From an uncultured Chlorobiaceae bacterium (GTDB taxonomy: Bacteria > Bacteroidota > Ignavibacteria > UBA10030 > SZUA-254): a stretch of DNA of 64,000 bases. The translations under genes were made by a program, and so were the position numbers. Under the pieces are notes generated by a model that was not told where the DNA came from, ran no database searches, and was given only the letters and a program-made list of their open reading frames with translations. Below, piece by piece: positions 55,647 to 64,000 of this stretch. Each line of letters starts with the position of its first letter. Within the stretch, counting starts at the first letter, position 1. The DNA lies in assembly GCA_964596065.1 (NCBI GenBank), contig CAZQSM010000001.1:69818-133817 (forward strand). Direction: 5' to 3'.

Positions 55647-56054
55647 GTGCACGCGCGCCATGCCATTCCAGGAGCGATCGCCACCATCGTCCTCACCCTC
55701 ACCATCAGCCACTGCACACCGATGAACTACAAGAGCATTCCGGCCGCGGAGGCCGCGGCCATGATGAGCGCCGACACGTCCGTCATTCTCCTCGACGTCC
55801 GCACGCCGGAGGAATACGCCGGTGAGCTCGGCCATCTCAGGGGTTCGATTCTCATTCCCGTCCAGGAGCTCGCGGAACGCGTGGGCGAGCTCGACCCCCA
55901 CAGAGGGAAGGAGATCCTGGTCTACTGCCGCACCGGCAGGCGAAGCCTCACGGCGGCTGATATCCTTCAGAAAAACGGCCACACCGCCATCAACGTCGAA
56001 GGGGGGATGGTGGAGTGGAACGCCCTCAAACTCCCCGGTGTTGAACATCGTTAA
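55647..56054 (+). CDS. Rhodanese-domain sulfurtransferase, lipoprotein
   Basis: Active-site loop VYCRTGRRS (Cys-Arg-x-Gly-x-Arg). Lipobox TISHC. Confidence 0.7.
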   Translation: MHARHAIPGAIATIVLTLTISHCTPMNYKSIPAAEAAAMMSADTSVILLDVRTPEEYAGELGHLRGSILIPVQELAERVGELDPHRGKEILVYCRTGRRSLTAADILQKNGHTAINVEGGMVEWNALKLPGVEHR

Positions 56055-56163
56055 TGACCGGTCACGAGGGATCCACGACGATCCCTCACCGCGTCGAACC
56101 TTGGAAGTCTCAACGAGAAGTGGTATATTTCGTTCATATCATGCTGGTTAGGGCCTTTTTCTG

Positions 56164-57012
56164 ATGAATACCTTTAAAACCGTCGTCCTGATGAGCTCGA
56201 TGATGGTGCTCCTCCTCATCGTCGGCGCGTCGCTCGGGGGCGAACAGGGAATGATCATCGCGTTCGTCATCTCTCTCGCGATGAATTTTGGATCGTACTG
56301 GTTCTCGGACAAAATTGTCCTCCGCCTCTACCGGGCGACGCCCGCGACGGAATCATCCCATCCCGGCTATTACGCGGCGGTGGCGCGCCTCGCGTCACAG
56401 GCTGGCCTCCCGATGCCGGCGGTGTACGTCCTCCCCTCCGAGGCGATGAACGCATTCGCCACCGGCAGGGACCCTGAGCACGCGGCCGTGGCGGTCACCG
56501 AGGGCCTCCTCCGGACCCTCCAGCCGGACGAACTCGAGGGGGTGATCGCGCACGAACTCGCGCACGTCGAGAACCGCGACATCCTGACCGGCACCATCGC
56601 GGCCACGCTCGTCGGGACCATCACCTTCATCGCACGGATGGCGGGCTGGGCGGCGATCTTCGGCGGCGGGCGCGACAGGCGCGACTCGAACGGGTTCGCC
56701 GATCTCGCGATGCTGATCATCGCCCCCCTCGCCGCGGTGCTCATCCAGATGGCCATCTCCCGATCGAGGGAGTTCGCCGCCGACGCGGGCGCGGCCCGGA
56801 TCACCGGGAGGCCGCTCTCGCTGGCGAACGCCCTCAGGAAACTCGCCCAGGCCTCCGAACGGCGGGTCGCCTTGCCGGCGAATCCGTCGACGGCCCATTT
56901 GTTCATCGTCAACCCGCTCCGGGGAGGAGGAATCATGAAGCTTTTCTCGACCCATCCCCCGATGGAAGAACGGATCGAACGGCTCGACCTCATCGCCCGC
57001 GGCGGGGCCTGA
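56164..57012 (+). CDS. htpX: Protease HtpX (M48)
   Basis: [10 protein letters not shown] zinc motif. Four TM helices. 282 aa. Confidence 0.85.
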   Translation: MNTFKTVVLMSSMMVLLLIVGASLGGEQGMIIAFVISLAMNFGSYWFSDKIVLRLYRATPATESSHPGYYAAVARLASQAGLPMPAVYVLPSEAMNAFATGRDPEHAAVAVTEGLLRTLQPDELEGVIAHELAHVENRDILTGTIAATLVGTITFIARMAGWAAIFGGGRDRRDSNGFADLAMLIIAPLAAVLIQMAISRSREFAADAGAARITGRPLSLANALRKLAQASERRVALPANPSTAHLFIVNPLRGGGIMKLFSTHPPMEERIERLDLIARGGA

Positions 57013-57013
57013 C

Positions 57014-57694
57014 GTGCGCCGCGCACCGCATCGGCACGCGGCGGTGTGGACCCTCCGGAGGATTTTCCTCCTCCTCGTCGTTTTCGGGGGCGCCGCGGCG
57101 GCGTCGGGATGCGGCTCCGGCCGGCAGGCCGCCGCTCCGGGGGATGGTCCGCCTCCGAATCTCACCGTCCTGAGGAGCGTGGTCGCCGACCTCGGGAGGT
57201 CGGTGGTCGATTCAGCGCTGCGCGCGACGGGGGATACCGTCAACCTCGACGTCGATTCTTCCGAGGCCTCCTGGATCGCCAGGGCGGAACTCGCCTCGGC
57301 CCTGGGGGCGGCCGGCATTCGCGTGGCGGTCGGGGCCCCGCCGACCGGTTCCCCGCGCGCGCGGTGGACCGTCAGGGGCCTGACGCTCGGGGTGGAGTAC
57401 AGGAACATCAGGAAGGACGGCCTGTTTTCAGAAGCCGTCGTCGACAGGATCGTCACGGCGACGTTTACGTCCGAGATCATCTCCGGGGGGAGCGTCGTCT
57501 TCGCGGGGACGACCACCGGGAGTGCGACCGATACCGTCGGGGAGAACCGCATCCCCGGGCTGGAGTCCGGTTCCGCGCAATTCACGCGGGGAGACGTTCC
57601 CGACCTCCGGTCCCTCGACCGCTTCATCGAACCGTTCGTCATCATCGGCGCGACCGGCGCCGCGATCCTCTTATTTTTTCAGGTGAGAAGTTGA
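57014..57694 (+). CDS. Hypothetical lipoprotein
   Basis: Lipobox AAASGC. 226 aa. Immediately upstream of bamD. No recognised motif. Confidence 0.4.
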   Translation: MRRAPHRHAAVWTLRRIFLLLVVFGGAAAASGCGSGRQAAAPGDGPPPNLTVLRSVVADLGRSVVDSALRATGDTVNLDVDSSEASWIARAELASALGAAGIRVAVGAPPTGSPRARWTVRGLTLGVEYRNIRKDGLFSEAVVDRIVTATFTSEIISGGSVVFAGTTTGSATDTVGENRIPGLESGSAQFTRGDVPDLRSLDRFIEPFVIIGATGAAILLFFQVRS

Positions 57695-58524
57695 ACCGAC
57701 AAACAGTGAAGTCCTTCCGCGCTCCGGGAACGGCCGCGGCCCTTGCGCTGGCGTGCTGCGTCGCCGGCTGGGCGTACGGATGCGGATCGTCCGGGGAGAC
57801 CGTGAATCTGGGGGCCGAGGAGCGGTTCGCCGCCGGAATGCGGCTCTTCGGGGAGGGGGACTACCTCGAGGCCATCGCCGAATTCGAGATCGTCAAGTTG
57901 CAGTTCCCGGGGAGCGCGGTGGCGGACGACGCCCAGTTCCACCTGGGGGAATCGCATTTCAACCGGGGCGAATATCTCCTCGCCATCGAGGATTTCCGCA
58001 CGCTGAAACGCAACATGGGCTCGAGCCCCCTCGTTCCGGCCGCGCAGTACAGGATCGGGCTCTGTTACTACATGCTCGCTCCCCGGTCCGAGCTCGACCA
58101 GACGTACACGAGGCAGTCGATCGATGAGTTCCAGGCGTTCGTCGAATATTACCCGCTCGACGAGCGGCGCTCCGACGCGGAGGAGAAGATCCGGGAGCTC
58201 AACGGCCGCCTCGCGAAGAAGATCTTCGAATCGGCCGAGCAGTACGTCAAGCTCGGGTATCACCGTTCCGCCGGGGTCTATTTCGATTTCGTGGTCCAAC
58301 AATACCACGACTCACCGTACGCCGAACCTGCCGCCCTTGGAAAAATCCAGACCCTCATCGACCGGAAACGATTCGACGAGGCGGGGGAGGAGATCGACCG
58401 GTTCGCCGAACGGTATCCGGACAGCCCGCTGAGGGCCCAGGCCGAGGGGCTCCGCTCCCGTCTCCCGGCGGGAGGCGGCAGCAGAAACAACCCGGCGCCG
58501 CCGGGCGGACCGGGAATCCAATGA
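57691..58524 (+). CDS. bamD: Outer membrane protein assembly factor BamD (TPR lipoprotein)
   Basis: TTG start overlapping the previous stop. Lipobox AGWAYGC. TPR repeats (AIAEFEIVKLQFPGS, LLAIEDFRTL). A 57046..58524 track ORF carries the same frame with a spurious extension. Confidence 0.7.
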   Translation: MNRQTVKSFRAPGTAAALALACCVAGWAYGCGSSGETVNLGAEERFAAGMRLFGEGDYLEAIAEFEIVKLQFPGSAVADDAQFHLGESHFNRGEYLLAIEDFRTLKRNMGSSPLVPAAQYRIGLCYYMLAPRSELDQTYTRQSIDEFQAFVEYYPLDERRSDAEEKIRELNGRLAKKIFESAEQYVKLGYHRSAGVYFDFVVQQYHDSPYAEPAALGKIQTLIDRKRFDEAGEEIDRFAERYPDSPLRAQAEGLRSRLPAGGGSRNNPAPPGGPGIQ

Positions 58525-58537
58525 GAGGGAGCCATCG

Positions 58538-59020
58538 ATGAAAAAAGGTAAACGCCTGGTCAGGGATTCGCATGTGGAGATGACGCAGCTGGTCCTCCCG
58601 AACGACACAAACTACCTCGGGAACCTCCTGGGGGGCAGGCTCATGGAATGGATGGACATCGCCGCGGCGATATCCGCCCAGCGACATTCGAACAGGGTCT
58701 GCGTGACGGCGGCGGTCGACAACCTGGTGTTCCACCAGCCGATCCGGCTCGGCGAGGTCGTCACGCTCAGGGCGGCCGTCAACCGGGTCTTCGGCACGTC
58801 GATGGAGGTGGGAGTGACCGTTACGGCGGAAAACCAGCTCACCGGCATCAGGAAGACGGCCAACACCGCGTACCTCACGTTCGTGGCGATCTCGGGGGGC
58901 GGGTCCCCCGAGAAGGCGCCTCCGATCCACCCGTCGACCGCCGATGAACGGCGTCGTTACAGACAGGCGCTGCTCCGCCGGAATTCCCGGCTGCAGCAAC
59001 GCCGCGCTCCCGGTCGATGA
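58538..59020 (+). CDS. Acyl-CoA thioesterase (hotdog fold)
   Basis: EMTQLVLPNDTNYLGNLLGGRLMEWMD is a typical YciA/BFIT-type N-terminal motif. Confidence 0.75.
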   Translation: MKKGKRLVRDSHVEMTQLVLPNDTNYLGNLLGGRLMEWMDIAAAISAQRHSNRVCVTAAVDNLVFHQPIRLGEVVTLRAAVNRVFGTSMEVGVTVTAENQLTGIRKTANTAYLTFVAISGGGSPEKAPPIHPSTADERRRYRQALLRRNSRLQQRRAPGR

Positions 59021-61287
59021 CGATCCCGGGAGCCACCACGCCGGGAGACCTCGCCGGCCTCCGCGCGACGGCAGGGATTCTGATCCTGTGCTCTCTCATT
59101 GCCGCCGGCGCGGCTCAGCCGGCCCGCGCCCAGTCCCCCGGGCTGGGGTTCGACCTCCGCACCCTCATCCACCTCGACCACGAGGCGTCGGTGCAGGTCA
59201 GGGGTGATTTCAGCGGGGACGGCGTCCCCGACATCGTCATCGCGGGACCGGGCCACATCACGCTTCTCGAGCAGAAAACCGGCTCGCACGACTGGAAGAT
59301 CATCAGGGGGGATGCCCCGCCGGAAGCGCCGCTGATGGCGGCCTCGGGCCGCCTCGACTCCGACTCTCGCGACGACCTCGTCCTCCTGTACGGGCCGCGA
59401 CCCACGACGCTCCGCATCCTCCTGACCGGGGCATCGAACCTCCCCGTCGGCTCATCCACGATCGAACTCACCGACGAGATCCGGCAGGTCACCATCGCGG
59501 ACATCAACGGCGACCGGCACTCCGATCTGTTGCTGTACGGGAAGAAAACGCCCGGGATCGTGGTATACACCGGCGACGGGAAGGGCCGGTTCACCAGCCG
59601 AGCGAACCTGTTCCCCGACATATCGGTCAGCGCGGCGGTTGTCTCGCAGCTCGACGGCAACGACCAGAACGACATCGCGCTGGTGGACTGGATCGGCAAC
59701 AGCGTCCGGATCTTTCCGGGCTTCGGCAATCTCTACTTCGGCGATCCGCACGTGTTGGCGTTCGATCAGGAGCCGACAGGGCTGGCCGTCGGTGACCTGA
59801 ACGGCGACAGGCTCCGCGACCTCGTCGTGGGTTTCGGCGAAAATCCGGGCTTCGCCGTTTACGCCGGGGACGGAACCGGTTTTTTTTCGGAATCCGACCG
59901 TGACTCCCTGGGCGGCCGACCGGAACGCATACGGATTGGCGACATCGATGGAGACACGAGAAATGACCTGCTGATGTTCATCCCCGGCACCGGATCGATT
60001 GTCGTACACTACCAGGACGCCTCGGGCCACTTCAGCCTCCGGCAGGAATACGCGACCGGGCCCGGGGCGTCGGACGTGACGTTCTTCCAGGATACGAGGA
60101 GGAAATACCTGAATGCGTCGATCCTCTCGCCGGCGGAGGGGGTCGTCAGGATCCTCCACAACCGTTCGGCTGTCGCGTCGCCGGGCGAGGGATTGACGTA
60201 CGCGTGCGGCAACGACCCATCCGACGTCGAGGTGGCGGACCTGAACGACGACGGGTGGGATGACGTCGTGGTGACGCACGGATCGGAACCGGTCCTCAAC
60301 GTCTTTTTCAACAACGGGGCGGGAATCCTGAAAGGACAGCGGAGTTATCATCTCCCGGTCCCGGCATCGGGGCTGATCACGCTCCCCGCCGGCGGGGTCA
60401 CGAACCATTTTCTCGCGCCCGGCGTCGACCGCCGGTCGATCTCCTACCTGGCGTTCGACGGCGCCGACCACCCCATGCCCGCCATCATGGTCCGCACGGA
60501 GGGGGAGATGGAACCGATCGACGGGCGGCGGGGACACCACGATTCGGTATTGCGGATCTACGCCCTCCGGCTGGCGGACGAGTTCCGCAGGGCGGCGCTG
60601 CTGGCCTTCGACCTCGCCGACCGGATCCGGTACGAGGAGATCGAGATCCGCCTCGAACTGCCGTCCCGCATTCTCGCGTCGACACCGCACGATTTCGACG
60701 GCGACGGACTGATGGACCTGGCACTGCTTTCCGTCCCGGACACGGTGTCCGGTTGGACACTGTCAGTCTACCTCCAGGGAACCGGCGGTTTCAGGTTTCT
60801 CCGTTCCATCCCGGTCCCGATGACCGATCCCCGCCCGTCCGGCGCCACGATGTGGGTCGACGACCTGAACGGGGACGGCTCCGAGGACCTGATCCTGAAC
60901 CTTCCGCCCCCCGGGGAGTCATTGATCGTCATCCTCGCGCGGGGGGACAGCGCGTTCGGCGAAGCCTCGACCATTCAGCGTGACGTGCGCCTACGGACCA
61001 GGAAGGCGCTGACCGTCACCGATTTCGATGGCGACGGCACCCCGGACCTGGTCTTCTCCAATCAGCGGACGGGGACCGTGCAGTTCCTCCCGGGCGACGG
61101 CGACGGCGGGTTCAGCGGCCGCGTGAACCTCACCGGCGCGAGGGGAGTCGGCAGTTTTGCCATCGCCGACCTCGATCACGACAGGGAGAAGGAACTGATC
61201 CTGACCAACACGGTCGATGGCGTCCTCAGCGTGAACTCCTTCCACCACCCGATGATCCAGCCGAGGAGGACCGGACGGCGTGAATAG
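59017..61287 (+). CDS. Secreted FG-GAP/VCBS-repeat beta-propeller protein
   Basis: Repeated DxNGDGxxDL motifs (DFSGDGVPDIV, DINGDRHSDLLL, DLNGDRLRDLVV, DFDGDGTPDLVF). Signal peptide. Confidence 0.75.
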   Translation: MTIPGATTPGDLAGLRATAGILILCSLIAAGAAQPARAQSPGLGFDLRTLIHLDHEASVQVRGDFSGDGVPDIVIAGPGHITLLEQKTGSHDWKIIRGDAPPEAPLMAASGRLDSDSRDDLVLLYGPRPTTLRILLTGASNLPVGSSTIELTDEIRQVTIADINGDRHSDLLLYGKKTPGIVVYTGDGKGRFTSRANLFPDISVSAAVVSQLDGNDQNDIALVDWIGNSVRIFPGFGNLYFGDPHVLAFDQEPTGLAVGDLNGDRLRDLVVGFGENPGFAVYAGDGTGFFSESDRDSLGGRPERIRIGDIDGDTRNDLLMFIPGTGSIVVHYQDASGHFSLRQEYATGPGASDVTFFQDTRRKYLNASILSPAEGVVRILHNRSAVASPGEGLTYACGNDPSDVEVADLNDDGWDDVVVTHGSEPVLNVFFNNGAGILKGQRSYHLPVPASGLITLPAGGVTNHFLAPGVDRRSISYLAFDGADHPMPAIMVRTEGEMEPIDGRRGHHDSVLRIYALRLADEFRRAALLAFDLADRIRYEEIEIRLELPSRILASTPHDFDGDGLMDLALLSVPDTVSGWTLSVYLQGTGGFRFLRSIPVPMTDPRPSGATMWVDDLNGDGSEDLILNLPPPGESLIVILARGDSAFGEASTIQRDVRLRTRKALTVTDFDGDGTPDLVFSNQRTGTVQFLPGDGDGGFSGRVNLTGARGVGSFAIADLDHDREKELILTNTVDGVLSVNSFHHPMIQPRRTGRRE

Positions 61288-62944
61288 GACAAGCAGTCGT
61301 GACGCAGGATCCTGTTCCATCCGCCGCCGGGGATCGTCCGTCGCCGTGATCGCGCTCATCGCGTCGATGCTTTCCCCCGGCGTCGCGGCGGGGGCGGAAC
61401 ACGGGCCCCGGTCGGAAGCCCTGCGGGCGCCCTCCGACAAATGCGGTCTGGCGTACAGGCTCGCCGAACGGGCGATGGCCGGCAGGGAGGAGCTTCCCGC
61501 GATCATGGTCGAGTCTGCCGCGAGGCTGGCCGCCCAGAAGGAGCGGATCATCGGCGCCTTCCGGCTCACATACGACACCGCCGGTGCCGACGCCCCCGCG
61601 ATGCTCGACCGGGACGGGGAGCGTATCCCCGGATCGCACGAGGAATTCGTCGACTCCGCGGGAGCGATACTGAATGATGTGTACGCCTATCAGACCGGCG
61701 TTCTCGGCTACCTGGACCCGATCCAGCCCGGGCAGGGGCCATACCTCGTCAACATTTTCCAGAATTCGTACTACGGCGAGACGGTGCCGGGGGCCAGGAT
61801 CGGCTTCTCGACCCCGGCGAGGTATCTCACGCACATGAACATCGACAATGATTTCCGGTCGTTTTACAGCAGCGGGATGAATGGCCTCCGGGTCACCGTC
61901 GCCCACGAATTCTTCCACGCGATCCAGTTCGGCTCCTACGGCTACTGGAGCAGCGACCTCTATTTCATGGAATTGACCTCGACGTGGATGGAGGACGTGG
62001 TCTATGACGGCGTCAACGACTATTACCAGTATCTCAGGGGCCCCGGCAGTCCCGGGGGATACGCGGCGAGAGGACATTTCGCGAAGCCCGATTTCTCCCT
62101 TGTGAGGACCGACGGGCTCACCGAATACAGCCGGGCGATTCTCGGGAAATTCATCGAAAAACAATATTCACCCGGGGTGATCCGGCGGGCATGGGAACTT
62201 GTCCCCACTCGGATCGCGGTCGACGCCCTCGACGCGGCCCTCGCCGAGGCAGGATCCTCGTTCCGGGAGGCATTCCTCCAGTGGTGCGTCTGGAACGCGG
62301 ATACGGGTCCCGACGCCGACACCGTCGCCCACTATCCGGAAGGGAGGGAGTACCCGCGCGTCCTCTCGAACGCCGTGGTGGACTATATGTCCCCGGGACG
62401 TTCGATCTCCGGCACGATCGGAACGACCTCGTCGACCTATTATCCGGTCACGGTCCGGGGAGCCGGCATGTCGGTGATCGTTGCCAACCTCCGGACGGCC
62501 GGCGCCCCCTCCACGGTGTCGTTCCGGTACGACATGGCCGATGCCGGGGACGCGTCGTTCAAGCGGTTGTCGAACGGGCTCTACGTGAGGCTGGACGTCC
62601 CCGACCCATCGAACTGGTCCACGATCGAAACCGCCCCGGCGCTCGTCGCTGGCGTCACCGCCGCGCCCAATCCCTTCGTCGATGGAGAGTCGCGCGCACT
62701 CGATTTTTACATCCCCGGGACCGCCCGGCCGGCCTCGGTGATCCTGACGGTGCTCGGCGTCGGGATGGAACGGGTATTCCACGGTCCGCTCGGGGTCCGC
62801 GACGACCTCTCCAGCGCGTTCGTCCAGGTCGCCGAATGGCGCCCCGCCGACGCGTTCAGCCGACCCCTCGCCAGCGGCGTCTACGTCTACGTGCTCACGG
62901 TGGACGGCGCCGACCACACCGGTAAATTTTCGGTCATCCGGTAG
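61280..62944 (+). CDS. Secreted HExxH zinc metallopeptidase with T9SS-type C-terminal sorting domain
   Basis: VAHEFFHAIQFG. The C-terminal about 90 aa read PNPFVDGESRALDFYIPG...ASGVYVYVLTVDGADHTGKFSVIR, matching the Por secretion tail pattern (NPF...SGVYFY...K). Confidence 0.6.
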   Translation: MNRTSSRDAGSCSIRRRGSSVAVIALIASMLSPGVAAGAEHGPRSEALRAPSDKCGLAYRLAERAMAGREELPAIMVESAARLAAQKERIIGAFRLTYDTAGADAPAMLDRDGERIPGSHEEFVDSAGAILNDVYAYQTGVLGYLDPIQPGQGPYLVNIFQNSYYGETVPGARIGFSTPARYLTHMNIDNDFRSFYSSGMNGLRVTVAHEFFHAIQFGSYGYWSSDLYFMELTSTWMEDVVYDGVNDYYQYLRGPGSPGGYAARGHFAKPDFSLVRTDGLTEYSRAILGKFIEKQYSPGVIRRAWELVPTRIAVDALDAALAEAGSSFREAFLQWCVWNADTGPDADTVAHYPEGREYPRVLSNAVVDYMSPGRSISGTIGTTSSTYYPVTVRGAGMSVIVANLRTAGAPSTVSFRYDMADAGDASFKRLSNGLYVRLDVPDPSNWSTIETAPALVAGVTAAPNPFVDGESRALDFYIPGTARPASVILTVLGVGMERVFHGPLGVRDDLSSAFVQVAEWRPADAFSRPLASGVYVYVLTVDGADHTGKFSVIR

Positions 62945-62952
62945 GCCCCGGG

Positions 62953-63603
62953 ATGCCGACGATCAACATCACCGCCGACCGGGTCCGGAAGGATTTCAAC
63001 AGGAGGCCGATATTCACCGGCGTCACCTTTTCCCTCCGGGAAGGGGACACGCTGGCGGTCTCGGGCCGCAACGGCTCCGGTAAATCGACCCTGCTCAAGA
63101 TCATCGCGTCGCTGCTTTCCCCGACGTCCGGTTCGGTCACGCTGACGGCTGACGGCCTCGAGATCCCGGACAGGATGAAGTTCACGCGCATCGGCATGGT
63201 CGCGCCGTATCTCCACGTCTACGAGGAGTTCTCGGCGCTCGAAAACCTCCAGATCATCGACCGGATACGGGGCGGGACGCGCACCACCGGCGACTATGAA
63301 CGGCTGCTCGGCATGGTGTCCCTGGGACAACGGAAGCACGACCACGTCAGGACGTTCTCGTCCGGGATGAAACAGCGGCTGAAATACGCCCTCGCGTGGA
63401 TGCACCGGCCGGCGCTGCTCCTGCTCGACGAACCGCGGACCAACCTCGACGCGGAGGGGATCGCGATGATGCGGGACCTCTTCGAGGAACAGCGGGCCAC
63501 CGGCATCACCATCATCGCCACCAACGAACAGGACGACGTGGACCTGTGCGCCTCGAACATCTCGATCGGGACCGGGCCCGGGGGAAGGGGAGGGACGGCG
63601 TGA
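62953..63603 (+). CDS. ccmA: ABC transporter ATP-binding protein, CcmA-like (heme exporter)
   Basis: Walker A GRNGSGKST. Signature FSSGMKQRL. Walker B LLLLDEP. 216 aa. Confidence 0.75.
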   Translation: MPTINITADRVRKDFNRRPIFTGVTFSLREGDTLAVSGRNGSGKSTLLKIIASLLSPTSGSVTLTADGLEIPDRMKFTRIGMVAPYLHVYEEFSALENLQIIDRIRGGTRTTGDYERLLGMVSLGQRKHDHVRTFSSGMKQRLKYALAWMHRPALLLLDEPRTNLDAEGIAMMRDLFEEQRATGITIIATNEQDDVDLCASNISIGTGPGGRGGTA

Positions 63604-64000
63604 AGGCGGGGGGCTTCATCGGCATCACGGCGGCGGTGTTCCGGAAGGACACGGCCTCGGAGCTCAGGACGCGGTACGCGCTCAACGCGCTCTTCCTCTT
63701 CACGGTGACGACGCTCTCCATCATCCTTTTCTCTTTCCAGTCGGCGAAGGTCCCGACGCAGGTCCACGCCGGGCTCCTCTGGGTCCTCATTTTCTTCGCG
63801 GCGATGTCGGGCCTCTCGCGGACGTTCATCACCGAGGAGGACCGAGGGACGATCCTGCTCCTGAAGCTTTCGACGATTTCCACCCCGGTGTTCTACGGCA
63901 AGCTCCTGTTCAACGTACTGCTGCTGCTCGCGCTGACCGCGGTCCTGACCGTCCTCTACGCACTCGTGGTCCCCGGGTTCGCCGTGGCGGGCGTCTGGAC
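63600..64000 (+). CDS. ccmB: Heme exporter protein B (CcmB-like ABC permease), 3'-truncated by window
   Basis: GTG start overlapping the ccmA stop. Multi-TM. FRKDTASELRTRYALNALFLF resembles the CcmB N-terminus. Confidence 0.65.
   Translation, partial: MKAGGFIGITAAVFRKDTASELRTRYALNALFLFTVTTLSIILFSFQSAKVPTQVHAGLLWVLIFFAAMSGLSRTFITEEDRGTILLLKLSTISTPVFYGKLLFNVLLLLALTAVLTVLYALVVPGFAVAGVW

Noticed and set aside
56395-58999. Minus-strand ORFs (56395..57645, 57679..58308, 58355..58999) and the plus-strand ORF 57046..58524 5' extension
   Set aside because: Antisense or out-of-frame relative to htpX, bamD and the thioesterase. The bamD frame is accepted only from the TTG at 57691.

Overview
This is a gene-dense, high-GC (about 65-70%) bacterial chromosomal segment. 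Intergenic regions are short, with a few conspicuously AT-rich islands. A T9SS-type C-terminal sorting domain on one secreted protease suggests an FCB-superphylum-like (for example Gemmatimonadetes-like) lineage; this is inference. Many long antisense 'shadow' ORFs in the six-frame track are artefacts of GC-rich DNA and are not called.

Main contents, left to right:
- 200..4041: an aa3-type heme-copper oxidase operon (coxI, coxIII, coxIV and two small membrane ORFs) that lacks a coxII gene. A secreted cupredoxin-like gene sits where coxII would be.
- 4267..6414: a K+-independent H+-pyrophosphatase.
- 6559..7952: a cytochrome c translationally coupled to a second cupredoxin-like paralog.
- 7945..9492: comM/yifB.
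- 9643..20801: a five-gene glycopeptide / N-glycan degradation operon (GH92 alpha-mannosidase, TAT-exported clan GH-A glycosidase, TAT-exported glycosylasparaginase, prolyl oligopeptidase, DPP3/M49-like zinc peptidase).
- 20827..23674: pntAA-pntAB-pntB.
- 23783..27837: alpha-glucan phosphorylase plus a GH13 enzyme.
- 27849..31930: an SRAP (YedK/HMCES-like) gene converging on a three-gene minus-strand cassette. The cassette encodes an ImuA/SulA-like inactive RecA-fold protein, a small ORF, and an archaeal-type family-B DNA polymerase with degenerate exonuclease and polymerase motifs. It is driven from an AT-rich region with repeated and palindromic ATTTGTCG motifs.
- 32068..33379: a pilin-like small protein and an outer-membrane-type protein.
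- 33407..37293: an aminotransferase, an APC permease, and a GH47 class-I alpha-mannosidase.
- 37386..37551: tRNA-Lys(TTT) and tRNA-Leu(GAG).
- 38099..43567: maf, a B12-binding-domain protein, and a second, apparently intact proofreading family-B polymerase immediately downstream of nfeD-stomatin.
- 43625..45456: tRNA-Ser(GGA), an AT-rich island with an orphan intrinsic terminator, a DUF1028-TPR protein, and tRNA-Ser(GCT).
- 45467..64000: gltX, folB, folK, a deoxynucleoside kinase, a GT9 heptosyltransferase, nadA, acnA, acs, a rhodanese, htpX, bamD, a thioesterase, an FG-GAP beta-propeller protein, a HExxH protease with T9SS sorting domain, and ccmA-ccmB.

The most interesting candidate is the mutasome-like SRAP / ImuA-like / inactivated-PolB cassette with its palindromic operator. 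As far as I can tell from recall, this combination has not been described; no database search was possible.
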